From the NCBI RefSeq assembly GCF_006345805.1, contig NC_042998.1, positions 78,120,001-78,184,000 of the forward strand: a stretch of 64,000 nucleotides of DNA, read 5' to 3'. This document shows positions 44,760-57,254 of this stretch, in pieces. A model generated the notes under the pieces. It was not told where the DNA came from and ran no database searches. It was given only the letters and a program-made list of their open reading frames with translations. This DNA is from Octopus sinensis. Its lineage: Eukaryota. Each line of letters opens with the position of its first letter. Position 1 is the first letter of the stretch. Position numbers and translations under genes: made by a program.

Positions 44760-45359
44760 TTATTATTATTGGTATCCACTTATTGTCAAAAAATTTAAGG
44801 CTTTCGAATTACTGTAAATCTTCAAGTAACGAAAAAAAATGTAGATACGATGCTTATATATTAAGTTCTATTTCTCTTATTTGTAAAACAAAATTTATAT
44901 ATGTGTGTATATACATCTAGAGATACACACATATAGTCCTACACGCGCGTACACACACACACACACATGGATATTTATATGTGTGTGTGTGTGTATGTGT
45001 GCACATGGTTGTTTATTTGTGTGTGTTTACCAATCTATAATGTGTGTGTGTGAGTGCATCTAATGCAAGAAAAACTTTATATGAAAGCCCAGAAATCTTA
45101 TAAAATATTTGTTGTTTGTAGGGAGATATGTTGATGGGAATGGAATATATATCAAATTATGACGCGTGAAATGTGTTTTGCCGCTAGCAAAGATTCACCG
45201 TTGTTTACAAACGCCTTTTAAACTAACAACTAACACGCACTCACATAACTAACGATACATACACTCCCAAAAAAATACATCTGCAGTTGTGCACACGTGC
45301 ACATGCGCCAGCACATCCGCATACATAGATATCTATCGATCTAACCATACCTACATACA

Positions 45360-45398
<39 letters not shown>

Positions 45399-45632
45399 GC
45401 GTGTGTCTGTGTATTTACGTAAGTATACACACACACACACAAACACAGACATGAATCTGAATATTTATATGTTCATATGACCATATACGTACGTGTCTGT
45501 ATGTCTGTCTGTCTGTCTGTCTGTCCTATATACAATCAAAAACAATAAATCCTCAACAATATAATCCAGTTTTCGTGGAAGTTGAAACGTTTACGGCGAT
45601 ATTTTCGACTAGCGTGTACAGTTTCAGTACCA

Positions 45633-46064
45633 GGATCTTTTCGGTTTGAACGGCAGTTTTTAACATAATTTCTAGGTAACTAAAAAATTTTTAACTTCGT
45701 ATACTGGTAGAATGTGTTTATAAAACATCTTTTTCTCTTGGCTTTATTGAGAAAATTCTATGGTTTGTAAGATATTTGTTGTTTTTTTTTCTTCAATTTC
45801 TGCAATTTCAACCAATCAAATACGTCTATTAAGGTAAAAAACATTCTGTGCAGTATGAATATGTCCCTCATTTAAGAAACAGATTGAGTTTATTTACATT
45901 TGTGAAGAAAAAAGATACTCTTCCCCCCACCCCGAACCCTAACCTTAACTAACCCTAACCTTAAAATATATTGAAATGCAATAGATCGGTACTAGGGTCA
46001 TAATTATGGGTGACAATTTCATATGACACCGCTAGAAAAACTGCCGTTCAAACCGAAAAGATCC
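45633..46064. mobile_element. MITE with about 29-bp TIRs and 8-bp TSD (Merlin-like)
   Basis: TIR GGATCTTTTCGGTTTGAACGGCAGTTTTT and its exact reverse complement; CAGTACCA duplicated at 45625-45632 and 46065-46072. Confidence 0.9.
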
Positions 46065-46129
46065 CAGTACCATACAAGGGAATAAAATTAAAAGAAAAAA
46101 ACCAAAGAAAGAAAAAACTAATGGAAAAT

Positions 46130-46322
46130 AATACTGGTTTCAAATTTTGGTACAAGGCCAGTAATTTCGAGGGAAAGGATAAGTGGATTACTTTGACTCC
46201 AGTCACCATCTTGTACTTATTTTATCTGTTACAAAAGAATGGAAGGCAAAGTCGATTTGGACGCAATTTAAACTCAGAATATAAAGACGGATGAAACGCC
46301 GCTAAGCATTTTGTCCGGCGTA
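46130..46322 (-). mobile_element. SINE family A
   Basis: GGCAAAGTCGATTT..AATTTAAACTCAGAAT..CTAAGCATTTTGTCCGGCG. Confidence 0.7.
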
Positions 46323-46344
46323 CTCTCTACTCTCTTTTACGCTT

Positions 46345-46690
46345 TTACTTGTTTCAGTCATTTGACTGTGGTCATGCTGGAGCACCGCCTTTAGTCGAGC
46401 AAATCGACCCCAGGACTTATTCTTTGTAAGCCTAGTACTTATTCTATCGGTCTGTTTACAGGGACGTAAACACACCAGCATCGGTTGTCAAGCGATGTTG
46501 GGGGGGGGTCAAACACAGACACACAAACACACACACATATATATATACATATATACGACGGGTTTCTTCGACCAAATCCACTCACAAAGCTTTGGTCGGC
46601 CCTAGGCTATAGTAGAAGACACTTGCCCAAGGTGCCACGCAGTGGGACTGAACGCGGAACCATGTGGTTGGTAAGCAAGCTACTTACCAT
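46345..46690 (-). mobile_element. SINE family B
   Basis: TTACTTGTTTCAGTCATTTGACTGTGGTCATGCTGGAGCACCGCC..CCACGCAGTGGGACTGAAC..GGTAAGCAAGCTACTTACCA. Confidence 0.85.
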
Positions 46691-47037
46691 ACGGCCTCTC
46701 CTAACGATTTTGCTATATTGCTGCCTTAATGGAAAGTAATATTGGAATGAATTAATTTCGACACTTTGTTTTGATCTGACGAAGGTCTGTCTCTGAGAAA
46801 AGGAATCAATTCGTGCTTATACACACACACACTCACACATTACTCAATATATGCAGCATTCTGATATGAGCTTCTAATAGTTACATATCCAAATATAAAT
46901 ACTGAGGGTATCAATATTTATCTCTCACTAGATGGAGTACATCTTTGTTGATACTACCATTAACAGAGTAGCAAACCTTATAGATAGAAGTGTGTGTGCG
47001 TGTTCACGCTCGTACGCTTCTTTCTGTGTGCGTGCGT

Positions 47038-47080
<43 letters not shown>

Positions 47081-47103
47081 GCACACATATATACATATAT
47101 ATG

Positions 47104-47859
47104 TATAATTGATATAGGATAAAACTTTTTCGGGAAAAAAATTTTATCAATGGCCAGCATATCAAAAATGCCTTTAAAGGTAAAATTTATACATAATTTA
47201 CAAGATAAGGGCAGAAGAAAAATTCTAATGCCAGATACGCCGAAACAAAAAATTGTCGATAACCATTAAATTTATGCGTCTCGAAACAAACCGATAGAAA
47301 TCTCTAAAAAATTCGTTATTACCGTATTGGTCCAATTTCGGGGTTAATTCACAAGAAATTTTCCCCTCTTCAGCTGCACATACGCGAGATATAAATGAAA
47401 TACTTATTCATACCCTTGGGTATTTCTATCGGTTTGTTTCGAGACGTATAAATTTAATGGTTATCGACAATTTTTTTTTGTTTCGGCGTATCTGGCATTA
47501 GAATTTTTCTTCTGCCCTTATCTTGTAAATTACGTATAAATTTTACCTTTAAAGGTATTTTTTGATATGCTGGCCATTGATAAAAATGTTTTCCCGAAAA
47601 AAGTTTTATCCTATATCAATTATAAATAGATTAGTGTTCACTTCCGGATTCTATCACTCTGCGAAAGTTTCTAGTTCGAATCACACGTGTCTCGAGGTGC
47701 GCCGAAGATTTTTCTATTTTGGATATATTTGGGGTACTTAAGTCTGCTCGGGACTTGGTGCTTGCTTCTTCCATGGGTATGAATAAGTATTTCATTTATA
47801 TCTCACGTATGTGCCGCTGAAGAGGGGAAAATTTCTTGTGAATTAACCCCGAATTTGGA

Positions 47860-47865
<6 letters not shown>
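47104..47865. mobile_element. Penelope-like rearranged element with A-B-A'-C-B' inverted architecture
   Basis: A 47104-47301 vs A' 47422-47624 and B 47325-47415 vs B' 47775-47865 are reverse complements; B and B' carry hammerheads. Confidence 0.85.
47320..47378 (-). ncRNA. Type I hammerhead motif (AUA triplet)
   Basis: Reverse complement reads UGCAG-CUGAAGA-GGGG..CCCC-GAA-AUUGG(A)CCAAU-A-CGGUA; the sister copy at 47812-47865 (+) supplies UGCCG for stem I but has GAAU. Confidence 0.7.
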
Positions 47866-47898
<33 letters not shown>

Positions 47899-48006
47899 TT
47901 GTATAATAATTTTTACTGTATCTCAGTCTTTATACGCTAGGCCACTTGGTGGTTTTAAATTGATGTTATTAATTAATATTCAATTTTTTTCACCCTTATT
48001 GTGATT

Positions 48007-48048
<42 letters not shown>

Positions 48049-48139
48049 TAATGTGTAAATACATTGTGTATGTGGGTATAAATTGCATCATGCTGCGAAG
48101 TCCTAATTCTGCAGATCAAATGTTTTGAGAAATGTGGAA

Positions 48140-48390
48140 CCACTTCTCAACCACTATTGTTCCCGGAATAGTAATTGTTGTTCCTTCTCGAGCCATGCCA
48201 GCCTCACAAGAGCCGGTTTCCCGGTTTCAGTGCCGTAGAAATTCCCCACCTGAACGGGACGCCAATCCGTCGCAGGATTACTCATTTTTGCCAGCTGAGT
48301 GGACTGGAGCAACGTGAAATGAAGTATTTTGTTCAAGAACACAACGCATCGCCCGGTCCAGGAATCGAAACTACAACCTTTAAGCCACGC
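48140..48390 (-). mobile_element. tRNA-derived SINE family C
   Basis: CCAGCTGAGTGGACTGGAGCAACGTGAAATGAAGT..CAAGAACACAACGC..GGAATCGAAAC on the plus strand. Confidence 0.7.
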
Positions 48391-49569
48391 ACGTCCACGG
48401 AATATCAATTACCTGCCAGGGTACAAGCTATGGACTAATTAGCATGTAAGGACCCTTAGCTGTTGTCTCAGTATCATGCTAGGAGATGGATAATCTTATG
48501 TAAAATCTGCCGTTTCACGCAATTACTGATCATCTCGTTTTAGCCTGCCATAGCGACTCAGAGAATGATGCTCATGTTATACAAGCGTTTACCAATAAAA
48601 TCGGATGTCTCTTTATGGCTATTACATATGTCATTCAATCAACTGGAAGTCCAGTAGCAACGAAAGATTGACGGCGTGTGAATAACCATCATTGGCAGAA
48701 AGTCGTAAATGTTATTGACAAGGCAGAAGCTAAAAAGTGACGGCGATCACCAGTGAAAATGGAGTAATCACTCGGTGTGTGTGTCTGTGTGTGTGTGTGT
48801 GTTTGTGTGTCTGTGTGTCTGTGTGTCTGTGTTTGTGTGTGTGTTTATGTGAGTGAATGTGTGAGTGAGTGAGTATGGTTGTGTGTGTGTATGTGCGTGT
48901 GTGTGTTTGAAACGGCTCCTCTTAAATTTACATTTGAGATATGTTTTTCCCTTTCCCGGATCGTTAGCTAACGAATGAAACCGATATCCTCACGTAAAGT
49001 GTTAAAATCATAATGAAAATTAGTCTAATTTCGTTACTATTCTGCGTTCACGATGACTTTAATGTATGTAAAATTATAAATTCGTATCATTTACTGCTTG
49101 AAAATCTGACTGGATTTTCTTATTTTCGTTTGTATTGTAAAACACGTTTCTCTAATTGCATCTACAACGAAGTTAGCTCTTTTGAATAGTTCAAGGCAAG
49201 TATCAATGTAAAACAAAATATGTCTGTGCCAGTGCATACGTGCACGTGTGTGTAGATAGATATGTATCATTGAATGTGCGCTTATATACGAAAGCTCAGT
49301 AATAAGAAACAAGAATATACCATATGCCCTTGATCAGAATGCGTCCATGAATATTTTTCACTGGAAGTGCTCAACAAATGTTCACACAAATTATGAATCA
49401 TTTGGTGCAACAACATACATCCATACAATGAAAGAATGAATAGAGTTATAGACAATTTAATGGTATCATGAGTTGTCTTACTTCATAATATCCCTCTCTA
49501 TTCCTTTCTCTCTCTCTCTTTTCCTCTGCCCCTTTATATATACATATATACATATATACATATATACAT

Positions 49570-49613
<44 letters not shown>

Positions 49614-49682
49614 ATATATACATACATACATATATATATATAGAGAGAGAGACTTAGTAATTTTAATATGCTTATCATATAT

Positions 49683-49721
<39 letters not shown>

Positions 49722-49726
<5 letters not shown>

Positions 49727-49850
49727 ATCCAAACAACGCGAGAACGTGGAACAAATATAGTATTATTGGGCGCTCAGGAAGGAAGGGAAGAAGCAGGGTT
49801 CGTCAGAAACATAGAAAAAGGAAAGATCTAGAGAAGAGAAGACGGAGGAA
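49722..49850 (-). mobile_element. Internally deleted copy of the short PLE repeat at 62080-62260
   Basis: Shares AATCCAAACAA..ACGTGGAACAA..GCGCTCAGGAA; retains only GTTT-CTGACGA of the hammerhead. Confidence 0.65.
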
Positions 49851-49957
49851 AAAAGTCACCAACATGTGTGTGTGTGTGTGTATATATATACATATATAGA
49901 TATATACATACATACATATATATATTTTTTTATAAATATATATGCATATATGTATGT

Positions 49958-50770
49958 GTATGTCATTATTCCGTTTATTTCAAGATTTCTTGCCGATAGA
50001 GCAAGAACTCATTTCTAACCTAGATCCAAAGCTCCTTCATTGGAATTTCAACAACAACAACGGTATTTTTGTGTCTATGTATGTACGTACGTATTTGCAG
50101 ATTTGTATGTTTTATGTATGCATTCTCATGCATATAGTTGCGTATCTATACATGCTCATATATATTTAAATTATAAACTTCTGGAAAGTTTTACAGATTT
50201 TTACAGTTCCAGTGATGGACTGGATCTGTAGTCTTCGAATTAGCTTTTCCATTATGGTTTTGGGAAGCCTAATTTCTCAAGATTGGTATTTAGGCAGTGT
50301 CACATATCGCAATGCCCCAGTAATTACAGGTATAAACCTGAACTTGTAATCTGGATAGTGTAACTGCAGAGATTTCTCAATAGTTCAGCATAGCTCTTTT
50401 TCACTGATCTTCAGCTTCATGTCAACATCCGGTGGGTAGTTGATTTCCACAGAAGTGCACAGTTTCTCTTCTCTATCCCAAATCATTATATCAGGTCTGT
50501 TGTGCTTATATTTCATTGAGGTCTTCTCTGTTACATTCCACCAGTATTCTTTTTTATTACGAGTGGCTTCTACCATAATGTAGGTTCTTATTTCTTTCAC
50601 CGCTTGATTATCATTCCGACGGATTTCATTTTAGAGTGTCCTAGCTACAACATCATGTCTCATCGGTAGATAATTCCGTGATGACATTTTCGCACATCTG
50701 CTGATGACGTTGATGATATTTTCAATATGAACTCCATAACGTCTGCATCGGTTGTCTCATTTTACTATTT
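49958..50770 (-). mobile_element. R4-like LINE 3' portion (CCHC, RLE, 3' UTR)
   Basis: CRRYGVHIENIINVISRC..YLPMRHDVVAR..HNRPDIMIWDREEKLCTSVEI..PIITGAL-like..GTVKICKT. Confidence 0.85.
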
Positions 50771-51269
50771 TTCCTGCATCTCTGTATGTGAGTGTTTTAG
50801 CCAATTCGTATTACCTGTTGAACTTCAAAACATTCTTGCATATTATTACTGTTCCTCCTACAGTTTGTATTTGTATAAGGCTTGTTAGCTGGCTTCTTTC
50901 TTTACCTGAAAATCGTAGTTATTCAAGACTGTCACTTACTAGCATAACAATGTTCACTAATGATTATTGTTATAAATGTGTATGCCTAATCACGGGATAG
51001 GATTTGCTGGTTTCGAAGCAGCTGCGCTTAAATATATTCCTACGTGCTTGCTTGCATACACTCATGTTATCTTCTGTTTTTAGTTATTTGAATTTTTTTT
51101 CCTTTGGGGAAGGAGTTATTATCTAAGAAAGATACAAAGCTTCGTCGTTGGAATATATTTATGTATGTATGTATGTATGTATGTATGTATGTATGTATGT
51201 ATGTGTGCATATGAGTGTGTGCGTGCGTGTGTGTATGTGTGTGTGTGCGTGCGAGCGTAAGCTCTCTTC

Positions 51270-51535
51270 AATCCTTAACAATTTAAATTCTTCCCATGAG
51301 GAAGAAGATGGTTTCTAACAAAGGTGGAACGATACAAAGTTTCACCGTTAGAATGTAGATAAGAAAATCAATGTCATATTTAAACTTGAGAAGAGTCTTG
51401 CATATTTTTGCTCTTCCACTTACAGATTGCATTTGTAATATGCGAGTCGGATAGTTGATTTCTTTTTCTGAAAAATCTAGCTTATCCAGATTGTCACTTG
51501 GGTTTTTACTGACAAAACCAAGGGCAGCAATTATG
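51270..51535 (-). mobile_element. R4-like LINE 3' fragment
   Basis: IIAALGFV..ILQMQSVSGRAKICKTLLKF; begins right at a (TATG)n tract. Confidence 0.7.
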
Positions 51536-51699
51536 TATGTATGCATGTATGATTTTTTGTTGAGTTTTATTTAAGTTCTTCTTGAGAGAGTTTAAGGCGG
51601 TCGCTAATAAAGTGACAAGATTTTTTAGTTAGGAGCGTTCCTGGTGTTTGTAAATATGTGGTTAAGTTAATATTTTGGTTGAACTGTCGATGTGTACAC

Positions 51700-52500
51700 C
51701 CAAATATGTGCATCTATTTACATAAGAATTTCTGATCGAAAATTTTGGGATTGTCTTACAAATCTTCCCTGTGCCACAGATAAATTATATTTGGAGAATC
51801 TGCGTCAGTTTCTTTTGCTCTTTCTCACTGAAACCGAGTATTTCTATGGGTTTGTGCCAATTTATTGGTACTTAACCTAATACACATATGATCATAGGTA
51901 CAAAAGAGAATTCATAGTCAGAATACAAGAGCTGTAAGTTCCGTATTAATTCGCCATAAATGTTCTTTTTTTTCTGGACTTTTGACTGTGCATTCACATC
52001 AGCTGTATATGACCCCTATAACAGTGCATGACTTGTGTTCCCTCTCCCACAGAACAATACCAGATGTTATATTTGCACCGAACTGATGTCTATTGGGGTG
52101 TTCCGCCAGTATTCGCTGTTTTTAAAGATGTAAATACCTGCTGGTTCTGTCATGCCATTGATAGATACGACAGGGTAGTCCTTCCAGCGGATAGCATTGT
52201 AAATAGTTTTTGTAACCATATCATACCTCAGGGACAGATAGTATCTCGTAAACATTTTGGAGCAACTACTGATAATGTGGGTGATATTTTCCACACTGGT
52301 ATAGTAGTGCTGACATTTTTTTATCACAGTGTGAAGATTTGTTAGTATCTTTCTCCCTCTTGTTTATCAGATATTTAGGAGCTGTCTCCTGTTGCTAGAT
52401 TACGAAGGCATATCCTTCTAGATGGGATGTAATGTATCTATTGCATATCAAGGAGAGGCTACTCTTACTGTAAATAACTTACGGGATATGTACTCATGCA
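51700..52500 (-). mobile_element. R4-like LINE CCHC plus RLE fragment
   Basis: CQHYYTSVENITHIISSC..RYDMVTKTIYN..KENIYGELIRNLQLLY..GTGKICKT. Confidence 0.8.
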
Positions 52501-53587
52501 TTGCTTTTTGCTAGTGTGATTTCTGCTTCTCGAAGCTTATGTTTAGGTATTCCAGTCCAGCCTCCGTTGGGTGGCAAGAGACAATTGTATTCTCAAGAGT
52601 ACCTGCACAGTAGTTCTTCTCCAACTCTGTCTGTATGTATGTATGTATGTATGTGTGTATGTATGTATGTATGTATGTTGTTTGTATGTATTTATATATG
52701 TATGTATGTATATATTTATATACGTATGTATGTATGTATGTATGTATGTATGTATGTATGTATGTATGTATGTATGTATGTATGTATGTATGATGTGTGT
52801 GTATGTATGTATGTGTGATGATCTTGATGGTTTCATTTATACACAGCAGATAGATGTTTAGAACCCACGGATTCACGTACATCAGAATATACGAGTGCAT
52901 TTATATCGGGTAGATCACCGATTCTTATCACGAGACCTATTCTTCGATATATTCCTAACAAGCCTCGAACTAGTACCCATTACTTTTGCAACTATACACC
53001 TCTTGTAATGTATGACACCTGATGATTATCAAAGAATAAACCAATCAATGCATAGTATGCACATAAATGCAGTATATAGATCCTGAAAGTATAACGTTGA
53101 TAAATACTCATCTGAGACAAACCACCTTATTCTTTAACCAACTTATTCTTTTCTCGTGCAGATTACATTATTCATCCTTTACATAGTATAGTCATAGCTT
53201 GACAGTATCTCATCTTGATGAGTTCTTGTAGACGACATATTTGAACATGTCTATTGTTCGTTTCATGATTTATACTACGTGTAGTAATTGTTTTGATTTC
53301 CTTGAGGTATTGGGCCATTGCAATTGTTGCTCTATTCTCAATGAATTCTGCACAAACAATTGCTTTCAAATTAGTATTTCAGTAAAACCGGTAAATATAA
53401 GCCTTTGGATGGTATGTAAAGGGAGAAAGAGACTTGACTTCCAATATCATTCAAAATTTCTCTCTAAATGATTACCATATCACTTATTTAGGTGATTATC
53501 AAAATATAATCAACATGTTTTACTGGTGAAATCATCATTAACATCATCAAAGTCATAATCAATAGTACGCTTTTTCTTCTTCTTCTC

Positions 53588-53618
<31 letters not shown>

Positions 53619-53859
53619 TTCTTCTTCTTCTTCTTCTTCTTCTACTTCTTCTTCTTCTACTTCTTCTTCTTCTTCTTCTTCTTCTGCTCCTCCTCCCCCT
53701 TTTTGTAGTTTTAATTACCAGACTTGGAATTGATCCGAAGAAATAAATAGAAGGAGAATGAAAAACAATGTGTTGAGTTCAATAGTCCAACGTACATATA
53801 TACATATTTTGATATATGTATACAGATATATGTATATATAGATACACACATACATATAT

Positions 53860-53891
<32 letters not shown>

Positions 53892-54084
53892 ATACACACA
53901 TACATATATATATATACACAAATATATATACATATATATAACATACATATATATATATATACACAAATATATATATATATATATATATACATACAAATAT
54001 ATACATAAATACATATATATACATACATATATATATATATGCATACATATACATATATGCATACATATACATACATACGTTTGT

Positions 54085-54250
54085 GTGTCCGTGTTTGTCC
54101 TCCACCATCACTTGACAACCGATGTTTGTGTTTACGTCCCTGTAACTTATCGGTTCGGCACAAGAGACCGATAGAATAAGTCCTGGTGTCGAGTTCTTCA
54201 ACTAAAATCGGTGCTCCAGCATGGCCGAATACAAATGACTGAAAAAATAA
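54085..54250 (+). mobile_element. SINE family B, 3' half
   Basis: CTTGACAACCGATG..CGGTTCGGCA..GGTGCTCCAGCATGGCC..ATGACTGAAA. Confidence 0.8.
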
Positions 54251-54291
54251 AAAATAACGAAATAAAAGAATATATATATTATTTATTTGTG

Positions 54292-54342
<51 letters not shown>

Positions 54343-54345
<3 letters not shown>

Positions 54346-54960
54346 CCAAATAAGCAACAAAGATATGCAAAGGTAGTGTAGTACAATCGTTTCATGCTAC
54401 TTCATTTAATCAAACAATATAAGTATTACATCAGTTTTAAAATGTTGAGCACTCTTCAGCCACATATGGAATTATTTTAATTAAATTGACAATGTTCATT
54501 ATTATACTTAATTCTTGATTGTCTCCACTGAACTTAATAGAAAACCCCCTTCCCATTGCTAAATCAAAATAACTAAGTGAACTCAGTGATAAAAAATCTG
54601 CCCACAAGTTAAGGTCTTCTAGTACCATGTTTTTTTTGATGAAATTCACCTCTCTGTCTATATACCTACCCTCTTTGTAATGTTGGCAAATGGAATAAGT
54701 ATAATAATGAACATTGTCAATTTAATTAACAAAATTCTATATGTGGCTGAAGAGAACTCTACATTTTAAAACTGATGTAATACTTACATTATTTAATTAA
54801 ATGAAGTAGCATGAAACGGTTGTACTACACTACCTTTGGATATCCTTGTTGCTTTTTTTTATTATAATCGCCCCATTTGATTTATATGGATAATACCATA
54901 CCAAATTCTGGTGTCTTTAACTTAAGTACCATATTCATCTGGATCTAAATTTTTGCTGAA
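54343..54960. mobile_element. Fold-back Penelope-like element with a hammerhead in each arm
   Basis: Arms about 54343-54509 and 54697-54853 are diverged reverse complements. Confidence 0.75.
54378..54463 (-). ncRNA. Type I hammerhead motif with long loop II
   Basis: Reverse complement reads GUGG-CUGAAGA-GUGCU..AGCAU-GAAAC(GAUU)GUA-CUAC; the partner at 54743-54828 (+) has a damaged stem II. Confidence 0.75.
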
Positions 54961-55091
54961 CTTATATATATATATATATATATATATATTATGCATGTAT
55001 ATATGTGTGTATATATATGCATATATGGATGTATATGTATGTGTATATATATATATGTTTGTATGTATATATATATATATATACATATGTA

Positions 55092-55143
<52 letters not shown>

Positions 55144-55144
<1 letters not shown>

Positions 55145-55550
55145 GGCGCAGGAGTGGCTGTGTTGTAAGTAGCTTGCTAACCAACCACATGGTTCCGGGT
55201 TCAATCCCACTGCGTGGCATCTTGGGCAAGTGTCTTCTGCTATAGCCCCGGGCCGACCAATGCCTTGTGAGTGGATTTGGTAGACGGAAACTGAAAGAAG
55301 CCTGTCGCATATATGTATATATATATATCTATGTGTGTGTGTGTTTGTGTGTCTGTGTTTGTTCCCCTAGCATTGCTTGACAACCGATGCTGGTGTGTTT
55401 ACGTCCCCGTCACTTAGCGGTTCGGCAAAAAGAGACCGATAGAATAAGTACTGGGCTTACAAAAAGAATAAGTCCCGGGGTCGAGTTGCTCGACTAAAGG
55501 CGGTGCTCCAGCATACCGCAGTCAAATGACTGAAACAAGTAAAAAAAAAA
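55144..55550 (+). mobile_element. Full-length tRNA-derived SINE family B
   Basis: Head AGGCGCAGGAGTGGCTGTG..GGTTCAATCCC, internal (TA)/(TG) tract, tail ..AATGACTGAAACAAGT-poly(A). Confidence 0.9.
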
Positions 55551-55778
55551 GAGGATCCAACTTAATCCTAAAAATTCTAAGATATCTTCATTAAAAATAA
55601 GAATACAAATAAAAATATATTTATATATAACTTCCTAATATATTTTTACAAAATTTAAAAGATTTAAAAAATTTGAAAATTATAAAATTTTAGAAAATTC
55701 ATAAAGATTTAATAAAATAAAATTAAACACCTAAAAATACAATAGCAATATATATATATATATAAAATTATTAATTCC

Positions 55779-55894
55779 CGTAAAGTTTATATAGATAGGC
55801 GGTTATATATGGGTTGTGCTAAACATAAAGAAACCATCATCGACTATTTTATAAAGACGTCAAATTAAACCGCCTATCTATATAAACTTTACGG
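55779..55894. repeat. 27-bp perfect inverted repeat with a spacer of about 60 nt
   Basis: CCGTAAAGTTTATATAGATAGGCGGTT / AACCGCCTATCTATATAAACTTTACGG. Confidence 0.85.
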
Positions 55895-55986
55895 AGTTTA
55901 ATAATTTATTAATATATATATATATATATATACATACATGCGTACATATGCAATATATGCTATATATATATATATAGATATATATA

Positions 55987-56050
<64 letters not shown>

Positions 56051-56179
56051 GTCTATATGTATGTGTATATATAAGTGTATGTATGTATATATATATATTA
56101 TATCTATATATATATGTCTATATGTATGAGTATATATGTGTGTATATATGTATATATATATAAGAATGCATATACATGT

Positions 56180-56742
56180 ATGTATATATATCTGCAGGGA
56201 ATTAGTAATAATAGTACATCCTTCCCCAGTGACGAACGGTATGACATTGTTAACGCAAGTAAAGAGAAATACCTGAAATACCAGAGTACATAGTAGGCGG
56301 TCAGAGATAGTCGCGTCTTTACCTTACTGGTTTTACTAAGTAGATTGTATACCGAAGCGAGTATTATAACAATTCAACAGTGTTATGGATATAAGGGTGA
56401 TTACGAGGATTTTAACAACTCACGAGGATTTTAACAGCTCACAAGAGTTAACAAACTCACAAAAGTTTTTGCCGTGCGAGTTTTGGAAAATTATGTAAAA
56501 TTTTCTAACCGGTTTTCTCAAGTTGCAACAACAGCAACTGAAACACAAACAACACTAGCAGCTACAACTGCAAGGACAACAGCTGAAGCAACAACGCCAC
56601 CAACAACAATTGAAAGAACTACATCAGCTGCAGATACAACTGCAAGTGCAACAACAGAAGCAACAACAAATGATATTTCAGCAACAAATGCTGCAATTGC
56701 AGGAGTCATTAGGGAAGTCAGAAACAGTTTTCTCGACACACT
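56180..56742 (+). mobile_element. Possible Gypsy 5' LTR/leader plus Q-rich gag start, cut by the gap
   Basis: TG..ATAACA segment, PBS-like GGTGATTACGAGG, 19-bp leader repeats, frame FLKLQQQQ..QQMLQLQESLGKSETVFST with one CAG>TAG stop. Confidence 0.35.
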
Positions 56743-56842
56743 NNNNNNNNNNNNNNNNNNNNNNNNNNNNNNNNNNNNNNNNNNNNNNNNNNNNNNNNNN
56801 NNNNNNNNNNNNNNNNNNNNNNNNNNNNNNNNNNNNNNNNNN
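56743..56842. other. Assembly gap (100 N)
   Basis: Run of N. Confidence 1.
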
Positions 56843-57024
56843 AGGGGGCGGTTCTTTTATCAACATTCAGACAATTGAAAGTATAACTATATGCCCGAAT
56901 AAATCGATGGATGTTATAGCTGGTAGATCCATGCTTGTGTATCGATGAAAATACTGTATAGCATAGAATATTATGAATGAATTACTAAATACGTTTACTA
57001 TAATAATCTGTGTACATTATAGTA

Positions 57025-57254
57025 GGCTAGCGAGCTGGCAGAATCGTTAGCACGCCGGGCGAAATGCATAGCCGTATTTCGTCTGCCGTTACGTTCTGAG
57101 TTCAAATTCCGCCGAGGTCGACTTTGCCTTTCATCCTCTCGGGGTCGATAAATAAAGTACCAGTTTTGCACTGGGTCGATGTAATCGACTTAATCCCTTT
57201 GTCTGCCCTTGTTTGTCCCCTCTATGTTTAGCCCGTGGAGGACAGTAAAGAAAT
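57025..57254 (+). mobile_element. SINE family A, tail type 1
   Basis: Near-consensus head, core and tail. Confidence 0.9.

Noticed and set aside
45930-45965. CCCTAA telomere-like repeats
   Set aside because: Only two to three degenerate units, internal to a TIR-bounded MITE.
48955-48990. TCGTTAGCTAACGA palindrome followed by GAAACCGATA
   Set aside because: No recognisable CUGANGA core; a short palindrome like this is plausible by chance.
56474-56742. Mucin-like Thr/Ala-rich host protein
   Set aside because: An open T/A frame is the expected shifted reading of a CAA/CAG-rich poly-Q tract; there is no splice or start support and it is truncated by the gap. Kept only as an alternative in the findings.
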